Source: Nitrospirota bacterium
GTDB taxonomy: Bacteria; Nitrospirota; Thermodesulfovibrionia; Thermodesulfovibrionales; UBA1546
Direction of reading: 5' to 3'
Assembly (NCBI GenBank): GCA_026387575.1
Contig: JAPLLK010000064.1
Location: 1-58,978 of the forward strand
Length of the DNA: 58,978 bases
Made by a program: the position numbers and the translations under genes. Every line of letters begins with the position of its first letter. Positions within the stretch are counted from its first letter, which is position 1. Shown one piece after another: positions 37,924 to 48,733 of this stretch. Under the pieces are notes generated by a model, which worked only from the letters and a program-made list of their open reading frames with translations, was not told the DNA's origin and did not search any database.

Positions 37924-39843
37924 TTACCTTAATAACATTACTGCCATTATTATCAACACGCCCAACGCCATTATTGCTGCATAGCGCTGTAACAAACCTG
38001 TCTGAACTTTCCTCAGAATCCGGCTGAATTCTCCGATCCCTTTTGGAATACCATTAACAATCGCCTCGATAATTTTCGCATCCGTAACCCCAATGAGTAT
38101 ATTCTTAGCTGTCCAGATTGTTGGCCGCACGATTATAAAACTGTAAAGTTCATCCACATAGTATTTATTCCAGAGGACTTTATATGTGGCATTAAATTTC
38201 TGCGCAAGCATAACAGGAATATCAGTCTTTACAAGATAGAATAATGCGGCCAGTCCTACTCCTGAAAAACCTGCGATTATTGATATCGCCATTACCAGCC
38301 ATTCCTCTGCGTGTGTGCCGTGTGCTTCGGGATGCCCAAGGACAGGGGTTAAAAATTCCGTGAAATGCTCTCCACCTCCAAGCAGATGGGGAATCCCAAT
38401 CCAGCCTGATGCAACAGCGCCGATGCAGAGAATAATCAATGGTATTGTCATAGCCTTTGGAGATTCATGGAGATGATGTTCCTGTTCGTACGTGCCCCGG
38501 AATTTTCCGTGGAACGTGAGGAATATAAGCCTGAATGAGTAGAAGGCTGTAAGAAACGCAACTACAGTCCCGATAGCCCAAACGAATTTCCCCACAGGAC
38601 TCTGTCCTGAATACGCAAGCCAGAGTATTTCATCCTTGCTGAAGAATCCTGCAAAGCCGGGCACGCCTGCAATGCTCAATGATGCAAAAAGCATTGTCCA
38701 GTATGTAATTGGCATGTATTTCTTAAGGCCGCCCATCTTCTGAAGGTCAAGCTCTCCTGACATTGCGTGCATTACGCTCCCTGCGCATAGGAAAAGAAGG
38801 GCTTTAAAGAATGCATGTGTGTAAAGATGGAACATTCCTGCGGTGTAAGCTCCGACTCCTGCCGCAAGGAACATATAGCCGAGTTGGCTGATGGTTGAAT
38901 ATGCGATAATCCTTTTTATATCATTCTGGACAAGGCCGATAGTCGCAGCAAATAGTGATGTTATAGCCCCTGTTAATGCGACAATCATTAGTGCAGTTTC
39001 AGAAAGGCTGAATATCGGACTGCACCTTGCAACGAGGAAAACACCTGCTGTGACCATTGTCGCCGCGTGTATCAGCGCACTTACAGGTGTGGGGCCCTCC
39101 ATTGCATCAGGAAGCCATACATGAAGCGGCATCTGCGCTGACTTCCCAATTGAGCCGCAGAAAAGAAGAAGCGCAATCAATGTCATAAGATGCACGTCAT
39201 ATCCAAGGAAATTAATTGTTTGTACTGCAAAGACCTTTGCCTGTGAAAAGACAGGCTCATAATAAACGGTTCCGAATGTGAGGAATATCATTATTATTCC
39301 AAGACCAAAGCCAAAGTCGCCGAACCTGTTCACTATAAAAGCCTTTTTGCCTGCGTCAGAGGCTGGTTTCTTGTCAAAGTAATATCCTATGAGAAAGTAT
39401 GAACACAAGCCGACACCCTCCCACCCGAAATACAACTGGAGGAAGTTATTAGCCATAACAAGCATCAGCATACAGAAAGTAAACAGGCTGAGATATGCAA
39501 AAAAGCGGTAGTAGCCCTTGTCTCCTTGCATATACCCAACAGAATATATATGTATCAGGGCGCTGCAAGTTGTTACAACAACAAGCATGACTGCGGTAAG
39601 CTGGTCAATAAGAAAACCCACAGAGACTTTGAATTCGCCGGAAACAATCCATGAGTAGATGTCTTCATTTACAACCTTGCCTGACAGGACATCAAGCAGT
39701 GTTATTACAGTCACAACCCATGACCCGGCAACTGCAAGTATTGATACCCAGTGGGCATTATCCTTCAAATACTTCCTGCCAAAAAGAATATTTATCAAAA
39801 AAGCGGCAAGCGGCAGAAATGGTATTAACAAATAATTGTTCAT
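37924..39843 (-). CDS. nuoL: NADH-quinone oxidoreductase subunit L
   Basis: GWEGVGLCSY, NRFGD, KSAQMPLHVWLPDAMEGPTPVSALIHAATMV and HAFFKALLFL. Confidence 0.97.
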   Translation of the reverse strand: MNNYLLIPFLPLAAFLINILFGRKYLKDNAHWVSILAVAGSWVVTVITLLDVLSGKVVNEDIYSWIVSGEFKVSVGFLIDQLTAVMLVVVTTCSALIHIYSVGYMQGDKGYYRFFAYLSLFTFCMLMLVMANNFLQLYFGWEGVGLCSYFLIGYYFDKKPASDAGKKAFIVNRFGDFGFGLGIIMIFLTFGTVYYEPVFSQAKVFAVQTINFLGYDVHLMTLIALLLFCGSIGKSAQMPLHVWLPDAMEGPTPVSALIHAATMVTAGVFLVARCSPIFSLSETALMIVALTGAITSLFAATIGLVQNDIKRIIAYSTISQLGYMFLAAGVGAYTAGMFHLYTHAFFKALLFLCAGSVMHAMSGELDLQKMGGLKKYMPITYWTMLFASLSIAGVPGFAGFFSKDEILWLAYSGQSPVGKFVWAIGTVVAFLTAFYSFRLIFLTFHGKFRGTYEQEHHLHESPKAMTIPLIILCIGAVASGWIGIPHLLGGGEHFTEFLTPVLGHPEAHGTHAEEWLVMAISIIAGFSGVGLAALFYLVKTDIPVMLAQKFNATYKVLWNKYYVDELYSFIIVRPTIWTAKNILIGVTDAKIIEAIVNGIPKGIGEFSRILRKVQTGLLQRYAAIMALGVLIIMAVMLLR

Positions 39844-39847
39844 ATTT

Positions 39848-40150
39848 TCATCCCTTCATTTCGCTCATCTCATCCGCATGAACTGTGTCCTTGTTCCTGA
39901 ACAGCGCAATAATTATCGCAAGCCCTATCGCGGCCTCTGCCGCTGCGACAGTGATTATAAAGACCGCAAGAATCTGCCCTCTCATGTCCTGCAGGTAATG
40001 GCTGAATGCCACAAGGCTGATATTCACTGCATTCAGCAGAAGCTCTATTGACATGAACATTATTATGATATTCCTCCTTGTAAGGAATCCGAAGACTCCT
40101 ATCATAAAAACCACTGCGCTCAGCATCAGATACCAATTCAAAGGAACCAT
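39848..40150 (-). CDS. nuoK: NADH-quinone oxidoreductase subunit K
   Basis: [11 protein letters not shown] and [10 protein letters not shown]. Confidence 0.96.
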   Translation of the reverse strand: MVPLNWYLMLSAVVFMIGVFGFLTRRNIIIMFMSIELLLNAVNISLVAFSHYLQDMRGQILAVFIITVAAAEAAIGLAIIIALFRNKDTVHADEMSEMKG

Positions 40151-40665
40151 TATTTACTCCTCGTCTTTCTCTTTGCCAGGACTATTGCGCCTATAATCGC
40201 AACAAGCAGCACAAGAGAAGCTATTTCAAAAGGGAAAAGATAATCAGTGTATAAGAGTTTCCCCAGCGCCTTTGTATGAGTCTCCTGTTTTATAAATTCA
40301 ATTGAATATTTTCCGGCAGGCCCCGGCACAAAAGACCTTACCACACTCAAAACAATCACAAGCAAAGCCGTAGTTACAAAAAGTCCGGCGGGCCATGCGC
40401 CTATAAATCTTTTCACTTTAAGTTCCTCCCTAAGATTCAGAAAAAGCAAAATAAAAAGGAACAGCACGAGTATTGCTCCTGCATAAACTATAATCTGTAT
40501 TGCCGCGACAAACTCGGCGTTCAGGAACAGATAAAGACCTGCAATGTGGAAGAAAAGCAAAAGCATCCACATAACACTGTGCACAGGATTGCTTCTCGTA
40601 ACAACCAGCAGTGAAAAGATGACTATCGCAGAAGCGTAATATCCAAAAAATAATTCAGACAGCAT
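40150..40665 (-). CDS. nuoJ: NADH-quinone oxidoreductase subunit J
   Basis: [20 protein letters not shown] and [16 protein letters not shown]. Confidence 0.95.
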   Translation of the reverse strand: MLSELFFGYYASAIVIFSLLVVTRSNPVHSVMWMLLLFFHIAGLYLFLNAEFVAAIQIIVYAGAILVLFLFILLFLNLREELKVKRFIGAWPAGLFVTTALLVIVLSVVRSFVPGPAGKYSIEFIKQETHTKALGKLLYTDYLFPFEIASLVLLVAIIGAIVLAKRKTRSK

Positions 40666-40736
40666 CCTTGCTCCGCAAAAATTCAAAATTCAAAGTTGAA
40701 AATTCAAAATAAATGAATTCCATAATTTTATACTTC

Positions 40737-41288
40737 TCATTTTTCATTTTTTGTTCTCCTGAATACCGCCTGCCCTTCATGCCCAGTGAAGTCCTCTGAT
40801 TTTGGCCTCCAGAAATCTCTGAAATATCTCCTGGCCTTCTCTCCTGTAAAATACTTATCCCAATTTGAAAGAAGTTTTTCTTTAGTCATATAAAACGGCT
40901 CTCTTGAATAATCCGAATATTCGTAATGCTCGCTCAATGTAATTGCGCCGAAAGGGCATGCCTCAACACAGAACCCGCAGTAAATACACCTGAGAACCTC
41001 TATCTCATACCTGTCCACAACCTTTGTATGGTCCTCGCCGTCTGAGGTGTAAATATATATGCACTTTGAAGGGCAGTAAGCTCCGCATAGACCGCAGCCA
41101 ACGCACTTCATCCTGCCATCTTCATCCTTTGCAAGCGCATGAAGCCCCCTGAAGCCGGGCTTAACAGGCCTTTTAACCTTTGGATAGCGCCTCGTCACAG
41201 CGGGTGTAAACATGCTCTTTAGCGTCAATGCAAGACCCTTCAGAATCTCTACAAAGAATATCGTCCTTATAAATTTTCTAACTGTCAT
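40737..41288 (-). CDS. nuoI: NADH-quinone oxidoreductase subunit I
   Basis: FRGLH and two CxxCxxCxxxCP motifs. Confidence 0.96.
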   Translation of the reverse strand: MTVRKFIRTIFFVEILKGLALTLKSMFTPAVTRRYPKVKRPVKPGFRGLHALAKDEDGRMKCVGCGLCGAYCPSKCIYIYTSDGEDHTKVVDRYEIEVLRCIYCGFCVEACPFGAITLSEHYEYSDYSREPFYMTKEKLLSNWDKYFTGEKARRYFRDFWRPKSEDFTGHEGQAVFRRTKNEK

Positions 41289-41309
41289 ATCGTTTTCTTG
41301 CCGGCATTA

Positions 41310-42362
41310 TTAAACCCATATTTTTATAAATCCTGTCAGCACTATATTGAACAGGGCTAATGGTATTAATATCTTCCACCCTATAGCCATAAGCTGGTCA
41401 TACCTGTATCTCGGGAAAGTCGCCCTGACCCAGTAATAAAAAAACATAAAGGCATAAACCTTTATCAGAAACCACACAATACCTGGCACATTCAGCAAGA
41501 AAGGCATTGCATCCATAATAAACTTCGGGATTGTCCACCCTCCTAAAAAACACAACGCTGCTATAGAAGACATTATCAGCATCGCTGTGTATTCGCCGAG
41601 GAAAAATAGTGCGAACCTGAATCCGCTGTATTCTGTAAAATACCCTGCAACAAGTTCGTTTTCAGCCTCCGGCAGATCAAAAGGGAGCCTGTTTGTCTCA
41701 GCAAATGCAGCCACAATAAATACAAAGAAACCTAAGAACTGAGGGATGGCAAACATGCCTGCAGGATGTTGTTGCTGCGCCCTGACAATATCGGACAGGT
41801 TCAGAGAGCTTGCCATCATCATAACTCCTACAAGGCTCAGTCCCATTGCAATCTCATAACTTATTACCTGTGATGCTGCCCTCAGTCCGCCAAGGAATGA
41901 ATATTTAGAGTTTGACGCCCACCCCGATAATATAATTCCATAGGCTCCGAGAGAAGACATTGCAAAAAGAAAAAGCAGGCCTATATTTATATCAGCTATC
42001 ACAAAGCCATCGAAAAACGGAAGCACAGACAATGACGTGAGAGCCGAAACCATGAATATGACAGGCGCAAGATAGAACAACGGCTTATCTGCATTCGCAG
42101 GTATAATGTCTTCCTTGAAAAAAAGTTTCACTCCGTCAGCAATCGGCTGTAAAAACCCATGCCAACCTACTTCAATGGGGCCAAGCCGTACCTGCATGTG
42201 GCCTATTACTTTGCGCTCCCAGTAAGTTGCATAAGCCACATGAAGAAGCGTTATGCCAAGAACAACAGCGATCTTTACGAGAATAATCCCAATATCTATC
42301 CCAAGCTTAATCATAGGGTTCATTCCAGCCGCATTACCTATAAACTGAAAAATGTCGTTCAT
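41310..42362 (-). CDS. nuoH: NADH-quinone oxidoreductase subunit H
   Basis: ERKV...RLGP, QPIADGVK, AETNRLPFDLPEAE and RATFPRYRYDQLM. Confidence 0.97.
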   Translation of the reverse strand: MNDIFQFIGNAAGMNPMIKLGIDIGIILVKIAVVLGITLLHVAYATYWERKVIGHMQVRLGPIEVGWHGFLQPIADGVKLFFKEDIIPANADKPLFYLAPVIFMVSALTSLSVLPFFDGFVIADINIGLLFLFAMSSLGAYGIILSGWASNSKYSFLGGLRAASQVISYEIAMGLSLVGVMMMASSLNLSDIVRAQQQHPAGMFAIPQFLGFFVFIVAAFAETNRLPFDLPEAENELVAGYFTEYSGFRFALFFLGEYTAMLIMSSIAALCFLGGWTIPKFIMDAMPFLLNVPGIVWFLIKVYAFMFFYYWVRATFPRYRYDQLMAIGWKILIPLALFNIVLTGFIKIWV

Positions 42363-45031
42363 AAGCCAGCCTTCTCTATAGCTACTGTATTCCCATCCAG
42401 AACAGAAGCCCTTGTAACAGGCTCTATATCATAGCCCATCAATCTGTATGCACTCTTGCCTTCAAAATTATTAGTGAGCATGACTGAAAAATTGTCTAAT
42501 GCTTTATCGATAACCACAGGCAGTTCAATTGAACCAATCTTTGTGGAAACCCTGACAACTTCACCCTCTTTAAAGGAAAGCGCCTTAGCTGTATCCGGAC
42601 TTATTCTTACAACAGCCTCAGGATATATCTTCACAAGTGCAGGGGCCCTTCTGCTCAAAGTGCCTGAATGGAATAGCGGCCTCTCAATCCTAAGATAAAG
42701 TTTCCCGTTAACACTAAGTCTCTCTGCATTATGCACCTGAATCTCTTCCATCCCATCCCTTAATGGTTCTCCTTTATAAGGATAGATTCCCCCACCCTTT
42801 TCTATATCTTCATATGTAAGGTCTTTATGTAACGGAGATGCCTTGCAAATCTCATTGAATATATCTTCAGCATTGGAGTAATCGAACTTCTTACCCATAT
42901 TCCTTGCGATCTCAGAAATTATCCTCCAGTCCTCCATCCCATTCCCGTTCACTGCCTTTCTCAATCTTTGAATCCTTCTTTCCATATTTGTGAATGTCCC
43001 GTCTTTTTCAGCCCAGCTCAGTGCAGGCAGAACAACATCGGCAAGCTTTCCTGTTTCTGTAAGGAATATATCCTGAACAACAAGAAACTCAATATTTCTA
43101 AGCGCTGCTTCCACTGTCTTAGAATCAGGAAGGTTATAGACAGGGTTTTCACCCATTACATACATCGCTTTCAGAGAGCCGTTCTTTGCAGCATTAACCA
43201 TCTCAAATATCGTGAGCCCTGTTTTTCCTGGGAGTTCGCTTTCCCATATACTTTCGTATCTCCTTTTGGATTCAACATAGGACACAGGTCTATATCCCGG
43301 CAGTATATCAGGCGCGCATCCCATATCAAGAAGGCCCTGCTCATTCGCCCTATCAGAGAGGAGATAGAGCCTGCCGTTAATAAGATAGTTTATTGCTGAT
43401 AGGAGCAAGAGCTTGTAGCTTGCTCCATTGCTCTGTGCCGTCTCCTTACCTATTACTATTGATGGGTTTGTGGATTCTGAAAGGATATTCAAAAACTCAT
43501 TAAAGTCTTTCTCTTCGATTTTGCAGATATTCTTTACATCCTCGATGGAAGTGCTTATATCCTTTATCTTTGCCTCAAGTTTAGAATTTGCATCCGAAAG
43601 TCTCTTCTTATTTTTTAATACAGTAACAATACCTTCAAGCAGAATATCTTCTGTGTACAAGACTGGTACAAGCTTTTGTGGACTGAAATATTCAAGACCT
43701 TTAAAATTTCCGATTGTGAGTATGTTACCACCATTTCTTGAACATGCCCTTATCTGAAGCCCGAGGATAGGATTTACTGTTGTTGGGTCCCCGCCAATCA
43801 CAAATACAAGGTCAGAATTTGAAAGACCTGATATTATGTTTGCTGTTGCACCCTGCCCAAAGATATTCTCTATAAAACTCTGGGCGCCTGCAAAGCCTGT
43901 CCTTGCAGTGCTGTCAATGTTATTTGTCCCGAGCGCAACTCTCATAAATTTCTGGAATATATAATTGTCCTCATTCGTGCATCTCGGTGAGGCAATGCCA
44001 GCTATTGCAGGGTTGCCATACTCCTCTTTGATCTCTGACAGTTTTTTTGCAACAAGGCTTATGGCCTCTTCCCATGTCGCTTCTCTGAAGAGTTCGGAGA
44101 TTACCCCCCCTTGACTCCCCCCCTTATCAAAGGGGGGCTGGGAGAGTGTTGACTCCTGACTCCCGACTCCTGACTGTGTCTTGGGAGCTATCCTTACAAG
44201 AGGTGTTGTCAGTCTCTCTTTGCTTCCTACAAACTCATATCCGAATCTCCCCCTCGTACAGAGAAGCCCATTATTAACAACAGAACCGATTCTGGGGACA
44301 ACCCTCTTAATCACATCATCGCGAACCTGAACAATAAGAGTACATCCAACCCCGCAATAGGGACAGATTGTCTCTATCTCATTCTCCATCTGCCATGGCC
44401 TGAAGCTGTGCCTGTGAAGCCTTGACATAATTGCTCCGACAGGGCATACAGAGATGCAGTTCCCGCAGTATTCGCAATCATATTTGCCGCCCGAGAAAGG
44501 CTCAATATGAGAATGGCCTCCCCTGCTTATAACGTCAATCGCCGAGGCGCCCTGAACCCCCTCGCACATCCTGACGCATCTGGTACACATAATACATCTT
44601 TCCATGTTGCGAACAATAATCGGGTCTTCGAGGCTTTCAGGGACTTTTCTCTTCTTTTCTTTATATCTACCCTTTGCAGGCCCGTATTTTCCTACAAGGT
44701 TCTGCAATTCGCACTCTCCTGCCTTATCGCACACAGGACAATCAAGCGGATGGTTAATAAGCAGAAATTCGAGGATGCCTCTCCTGACATTGGCTGTCTG
44801 CTCTGTCTCTGTCCTGACAACCATTCCGTCAGCAACCATAAAAGTGCAAGCTGTCTGCAACCTCGGCATCTTCTCAATCTCAACAAGGCACAATCTGCAA
44901 CCGCCGTATCTTTCAAGCTGTTCATGCCAGCAGAGCGTAGGTATCTTTATGCCTGCGGACCTTGCAGCCTCAAGCACAGTGACAGGTTTTTCTAATTTAA
45001 TCTCTTTGCCGTCAATGGTAACTGTAATCAT
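42359..45031 (-). CDS. nuoG: NADH-quinone oxidoreductase subunit G (long molybdopterin-oxidoreductase-fold form)
   Basis: CRLCLVE, HPLDCPVCDKAGECELQ, RCIMCTRC and CPYCGVGC; lies between nuoF and nuoH. Confidence 0.9.
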   Translation of the reverse strand: MITVTIDGKEIKLEKPVTVLEAARSAGIKIPTLCWHEQLERYGGCRLCLVEIEKMPRLQTACTFMVADGMVVRTETEQTANVRRGILEFLLINHPLDCPVCDKAGECELQNLVGKYGPAKGRYKEKKRKVPESLEDPIIVRNMERCIMCTRCVRMCEGVQGASAIDVISRGGHSHIEPFSGGKYDCEYCGNCISVCPVGAIMSRLHRHSFRPWQMENEIETICPYCGVGCTLIVQVRDDVIKRVVPRIGSVVNNGLLCTRGRFGYEFVGSKERLTTPLVRIAPKTQSGVGSQESTLSQPPFDKGGSQGGVISELFREATWEEAISLVAKKLSEIKEEYGNPAIAGIASPRCTNEDNYIFQKFMRVALGTNNIDSTARTGFAGAQSFIENIFGQGATANIISGLSNSDLVFVIGGDPTTVNPILGLQIRACSRNGGNILTIGNFKGLEYFSPQKLVPVLYTEDILLEGIVTVLKNKKRLSDANSKLEAKIKDISTSIEDVKNICKIEEKDFNEFLNILSESTNPSIVIGKETAQSNGASYKLLLLSAINYLINGRLYLLSDRANEQGLLDMGCAPDILPGYRPVSYVESKRRYESIWESELPGKTGLTIFEMVNAAKNGSLKAMYVMGENPVYNLPDSKTVEAALRNIEFLVVQDIFLTETGKLADVVLPALSWAEKDGTFTNMERRIQRLRKAVNGNGMEDWRIISEIARNMGKKFDYSNAEDIFNEICKASPLHKDLTYEDIEKGGGIYPYKGEPLRDGMEEIQVHNAERLSVNGKLYLRIERPLFHSGTLSRRAPALVKIYPEAVVRISPDTAKALSFKEGEVVRVSTKIGSIELPVVIDKALDNFSVMLTNNFEGKSAYRLMGYDIEPVTRASVLDGNTVAIEKAGL

Positions 45032-45043
45032 GTTTTGGTTCCT

Positions 45044-45128
45044 GTCATTACACGTCCCGATAAATATCGGGGCGAGGTAATCTCAAAAAAGATTGCCGCG
45101 TCGGTCGTATCGACCTCCTCGCAATGAC
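45044..45128. repeat. REP-like palindromic element between nuoF and nuoG
   Basis: GTCATT...TAATCTC-AAAAAA-GATTGC...CCTCGCAATGAC. The terminal CCTCGCAATGAC also occurs at 22681-22692. Confidence 0.6.
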
Positions 45129-45168
45129 CTCTAAAACTTATTTTATTCCCACTCTTCATTCCCAACTA

Positions 45169-46440
45169 TTAAACTCTCAAACTTTTAAATTTACACTTCC
45201 CATCTTTTATATGTTCCTCAAACTCATTCCTGAAATGTTTTATGAAATTTTGGACAACAGATGCTGCTCCGTCTCCAAGCGGGCAGAAAGTCTTGCCAAG
45301 CATATTTCCTGAAACAGAAAGCAGAAGCTCTATGTCTCCTTCCACGCCTTCGCCGTTTTCTATCCTTTCAAGAATACTTCTCAGCCAGCCTGTGCCTTCA
45401 CGGCATGGCGTGCATTTGCCGCATGATTCATGCTCAAGGAATTTCAGCGCCCTATGGCAGACTTTTACAAGGCAGACTGTTTCGTCCATCACAATCACAG
45501 CGCCTGAGCCAAGCATGCTCCCGTGCTTTGGCATACTTACAAAATCCATAGGACAGTCTATCTTGTCCGCAGGAAGCACCGGAGTCGTAATCCCGCCGGG
45601 AAGCACAGCCTTAAGATTCTTCCCGGCCTTAATTCCTCCGCAGTGCTTATAGATTATGTCGCGCAGGATTGTACCCATAGGCAGTTCATAAACACCGGGT
45701 TTTTCAACATGACCGCTTACACAATACAGCTTTGGCCCCGGGCAATCGGAACTCCCGATCTTTGAATATTCTTCATCGCCAATTTCTATAATAAGGGGAA
45801 TATTTGACAGCGTCTCTACGTTATTGATAACAGTAGGTTTCGCAAAAACTCCCACGTTTACAGGAAACGGGGGCCTCATCCTCGGCTGTCCCTTATCTCC
45901 CTCCAGTGATTCTATTAAAGCGGTTTCTTCACCGCATATGTATGCGCCTGCGCCGCGATGAACAGCGAGATGAAACTTTATGCCCTTCCCTAAAATATCA
46001 TCACCGAGAAAATTGTTTTCATATGCCTGAGCGATTGCCTTGTTCAGGATATGATATGCGCCAGGATACTCGCCTCTCAGGTATATGTATCCGTACTGTG
46101 CTCCGATCGCGTAACCTGCTATGACCATTCCTTCTATCAGAAGATGGGGATTTTTCTCAAGTATAGGCCTGTCCTTGAAGGTGCCTGGCTCTCCTTCATC
46201 TGCATTGCATAGGAGATATTTCGGAAATTTCGTATCAGCGTAGGCAAACGACCACTTCATTGCAACAGGAAAACCTGCTCCGCCCCTTCCCCTTAACCCT
46301 GCTTTTTTCACTATATCAGTTATGTCGAGCGGCTTGTAGTCAAACGCTTTCAGAAGACTCCTGTATCCGCCAATTTTTTTATACTCGTTAATATCGGCTG
46401 AATTCGGGTTTTCTATGTTTTTTAATAAAACCTTTTCCAT
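45169..46440 (-). CDS. nuoF: NADH-quinone oxidoreductase subunit F
   Basis: GLRGRGGAGFP, NADEGEPGTFKDR, YICGEETAL and ESCGKCTPCREG. Confidence 0.97.
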   Translation of the reverse strand: MEKVLLKNIENPNSADINEYKKIGGYRSLLKAFDYKPLDITDIVKKAGLRGRGGAGFPVAMKWSFAYADTKFPKYLLCNADEGEPGTFKDRPILEKNPHLLIEGMVIAGYAIGAQYGYIYLRGEYPGAYHILNKAIAQAYENNFLGDDILGKGIKFHLAVHRGAGAYICGEETALIESLEGDKGQPRMRPPFPVNVGVFAKPTVINNVETLSNIPLIIEIGDEEYSKIGSSDCPGPKLYCVSGHVEKPGVYELPMGTILRDIIYKHCGGIKAGKNLKAVLPGGITTPVLPADKIDCPMDFVSMPKHGSMLGSGAVIVMDETVCLVKVCHRALKFLEHESCGKCTPCREGTGWLRSILERIENGEGVEGDIELLLSVSGNMLGKTFCPLGDGAASVVQNFIKHFRNEFEEHIKDGKCKFKSLRV

Positions 46441-46494
46441 AACTTTAAACTTTTAATAGAACTTCATAAGTGAAACCACGGTTTGTCATCCCTC

Positions 46495-46959
46495 CTATTT
46501 GTATTTCTCCAGTATTTCCTCTATATACTTTTCCGTGAGATTCTCATAAAAATCATCATCCACAAGCATTGCCGGAGCTGTGCCGCATGCGCCTATGCAT
46601 TCCATAATGACAAGTGAAAACCTTTTGTCAGGAGTTGTCCCTCCGGTTTCAAGCCCGTATTTATTCTTAAGGAAGTCTGACAGTTTCTCTGCGCCGAGTA
46701 TCATGCATGAGACATTTGTGCATAGCTGGACAATATGCCGCCCCATGGGCTTATGCTTATACATTGCATAAAATGTCCCCACTCCTCTTGCAATTGCCCT
46801 TGGAACACCGAGAGCATCTGAAACAGCTTCATATGCATCAGCTCCGAGATACCCGAATTCTCTCTGTGCAATATAAAGAGCAGGCAATAGCGCAGCGCTC
46901 GCATCAGGATACTTCTGCCTTATCTCATTTAGTTCTTTTATCGCTGCTTTGCTCAACAT
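46495..46959 (-). CDS. nuoE: NADH-quinone oxidoreductase subunit E
   Basis: CTNVSC and ECIGACGTAP. Confidence 0.95.
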   Translation of the reverse strand: MLSKAAIKELNEIRQKYPDASAALLPALYIAQREFGYLGADAYEAVSDALGVPRAIARGVGTFYAMYKHKPMGRHIVQLCTNVSCMILGAEKLSDFLKNKYGLETGGTTPDKRFSLVIMECIGACGTAPAMLVDDDFYENLTEKYIEEILEKYK

Positions 46960-46987
46960 AGATTCACTCAGACTGCTTGCCTCCTTG

Positions 46988-47455
46988 TTATTTGCTCTTC
47001 CTGAACATCATGTGCATAAGGTCCATATATTCTCTATTAGTTTTTCTGACTATCCCTGTAAGGTGCATTGCAAGTCTGCGTAATATCTTGAAGGCCATGG
47101 GAAGATTTGAATGCACAATATTATCAAAAGCTGATTTCCCTATCTGTATGACCCTTGACTTTTGTTCTGCGATAATTGTTGCGTCATGTTTGATTTCATC
47201 AAGGAATGACATAATACCGAATATGCCTCCCTTTTCAAGTGTTATAATCCTATATTGGTCGCCTTCTCCGGTCATCTTATTTACACCCACCTTGCCGCTT
47301 ACTACAATATAAAGCTCACTGCCGCTGCTTCCTTCCTTAAAGATTATGTCACCTGCCTCGTATTCCTTTACCTGTACTGACCCCTTCAGCATCTCTATTT
47401 CAGAGTCGTCCAGGTCACTGAAGAAATATATTTCGCGTAACTCTTTATTTTCCAT
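46988..47455 (-). CDS. Stand-alone cyclic nucleotide-binding domain protein
   Basis: FFSDL, AGDIIFKEG, LYIVVSGKV, GGIFGIMSFLD...HDATIIA; no HTH domain; AGGAGG RBS. Confidence 0.88.
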   Translation of the reverse strand: MENKELREIYFFSDLDDSEIEMLKGSVQVKEYEAGDIIFKEGSSGSELYIVVSGKVGVNKMTGEGDQYRIITLEKGGIFGIMSFLDEIKHDATIIAEQKSRVIQIGKSAFDNIVHSNLPMAFKILRRLAMHLTGIVRKTNREYMDLMHMMFRKSK

Positions 47456-47471
47456 AAGCCCTCCTTTTTAA

Positions 47472-48662
47472 TTACCTATCACATTCTCCCAAGACTATAT
47501 CAATAGTCCCTATGTTTGCGATAACGTCTGCGACAAATCCACCCGCGCATAATTTCGGCAGAATTGATGCATGAACAAAAGAGGGCGCTCTCACTCTCAT
47601 CCTGTATGGCTTGCCGGTGCCGTCGCTTACAAAATAAAATCCGAGTTCCCCTCTGGGGACCTCTGTAGCAGAATATATCTCTCCTTCAGGAGCAATAGGA
47701 CCTTTTGTTATGAGAACAAACTGATGTATGAGATGTTCTATGTCCTTTAAGACCATATCTTTAGGAGGCAGGGTGAACTTGGGAGAGGCAGCCATTACAG
47801 CTCCTGTTGGCAGTTTTTCAATGCACTGTTTAATTATCCTGTTTGCCTGCTTCATCTCGCCAATTCTGACAAGATACCTGTCATAGCAATCTCCGTTTTT
47901 CCCCAAAGGGACATCGAACTCAACCCTGTCATACGCATCATAAGGAGCATGTTTTCTTACGTCATAGTTCACGCCTGAGCCCCTCAGCATACCGCCTGTA
48001 AGCCCCCAGTTTACGGCCTCTTCTGCGGAAATAACACCTATGCCGACTGTCCTCTTCTTCCAGACCCTGTTTTCAGTAACAAGTGTTTCATAGTCATCCA
48101 TTCTGTCAGGAAACTCAAGAACAAACTCGTAGAGTTCATCAAGAAATTCCTGTGAAATGTCGTTCCGTACACCGCCAATCCTCGGATAACTTACCGTAAG
48201 CCTCGCCCCGCACAATGTTTCAAAAAGGTCAAGAATGCGCTCTCTTTCCCTGAATGCATACAAAAATGGAGTTGTTAGGCCTATATCAAGGACATGTGTC
48301 CCAAGCCATATAATGTGGCTTGAAATCCTTCCCATTTCAGCGACCATGGTTCTGATAAACTTTGCCCTTTCAGGCGCTTCAATGCCAAAAATTTTTTCAA
48401 CAGCATTTACATAGCCGACCTTGTTGTTCATGGATGATATGTAATCGAGTCTGTCGGTTAGGGGAAGCGCGGAAAAATATGTCCTGTTTTCTCCGAGTTT
48501 TTCTATCCCCCTGTGGAGATAACCAACATGAGGAGTGCATTTAATAACAGTCTCGCCGTCAAGGGTAAGCACAAGCCTAAGAACCCCATGGGTTGCCGGA
48601 TGCTGGGGCCCCATGCTGATGGTTAATTCTCTTGTCTCAAATGTCTTTTCTATCTGTTCCAT
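47472..48662 (-). CDS. nuoD: NADH-quinone oxidoreductase subunit D
   Basis: [26 protein letters not shown] and DIVLGECDR. Confidence 0.97.
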   Translation of the reverse strand: MEQIEKTFETRELTISMGPQHPATHGVLRLVLTLDGETVIKCTPHVGYLHRGIEKLGENRTYFSALPLTDRLDYISSMNNKVGYVNAVEKIFGIEAPERAKFIRTMVAEMGRISSHIIWLGTHVLDIGLTTPFLYAFRERERILDLFETLCGARLTVSYPRIGGVRNDISQEFLDELYEFVLEFPDRMDDYETLVTENRVWKKRTVGIGVISAEEAVNWGLTGGMLRGSGVNYDVRKHAPYDAYDRVEFDVPLGKNGDCYDRYLVRIGEMKQANRIIKQCIEKLPTGAVMAASPKFTLPPKDMVLKDIEHLIHQFVLITKGPIAPEGEIYSATEVPRGELGFYFVSDGTGKPYRMRVRAPSFVHASILPKLCAGGFVADVIANIGTIDIVLGECDR

Positions 48663-48733
48663 AATTTTTAGTGCATAGCCTATCAGTACAATAGCGCAGC
48701 AGTTAGAAAACTGCGGTTCTGCTGCTCTATGGG

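Noticed and set aside
42359-45031. Formate dehydrogenase alpha subunit
   Set aside because: The Mo/W-ligand region reads DSTARTG with no Cys/Sec-His, and the position in the operon fits NuoG.
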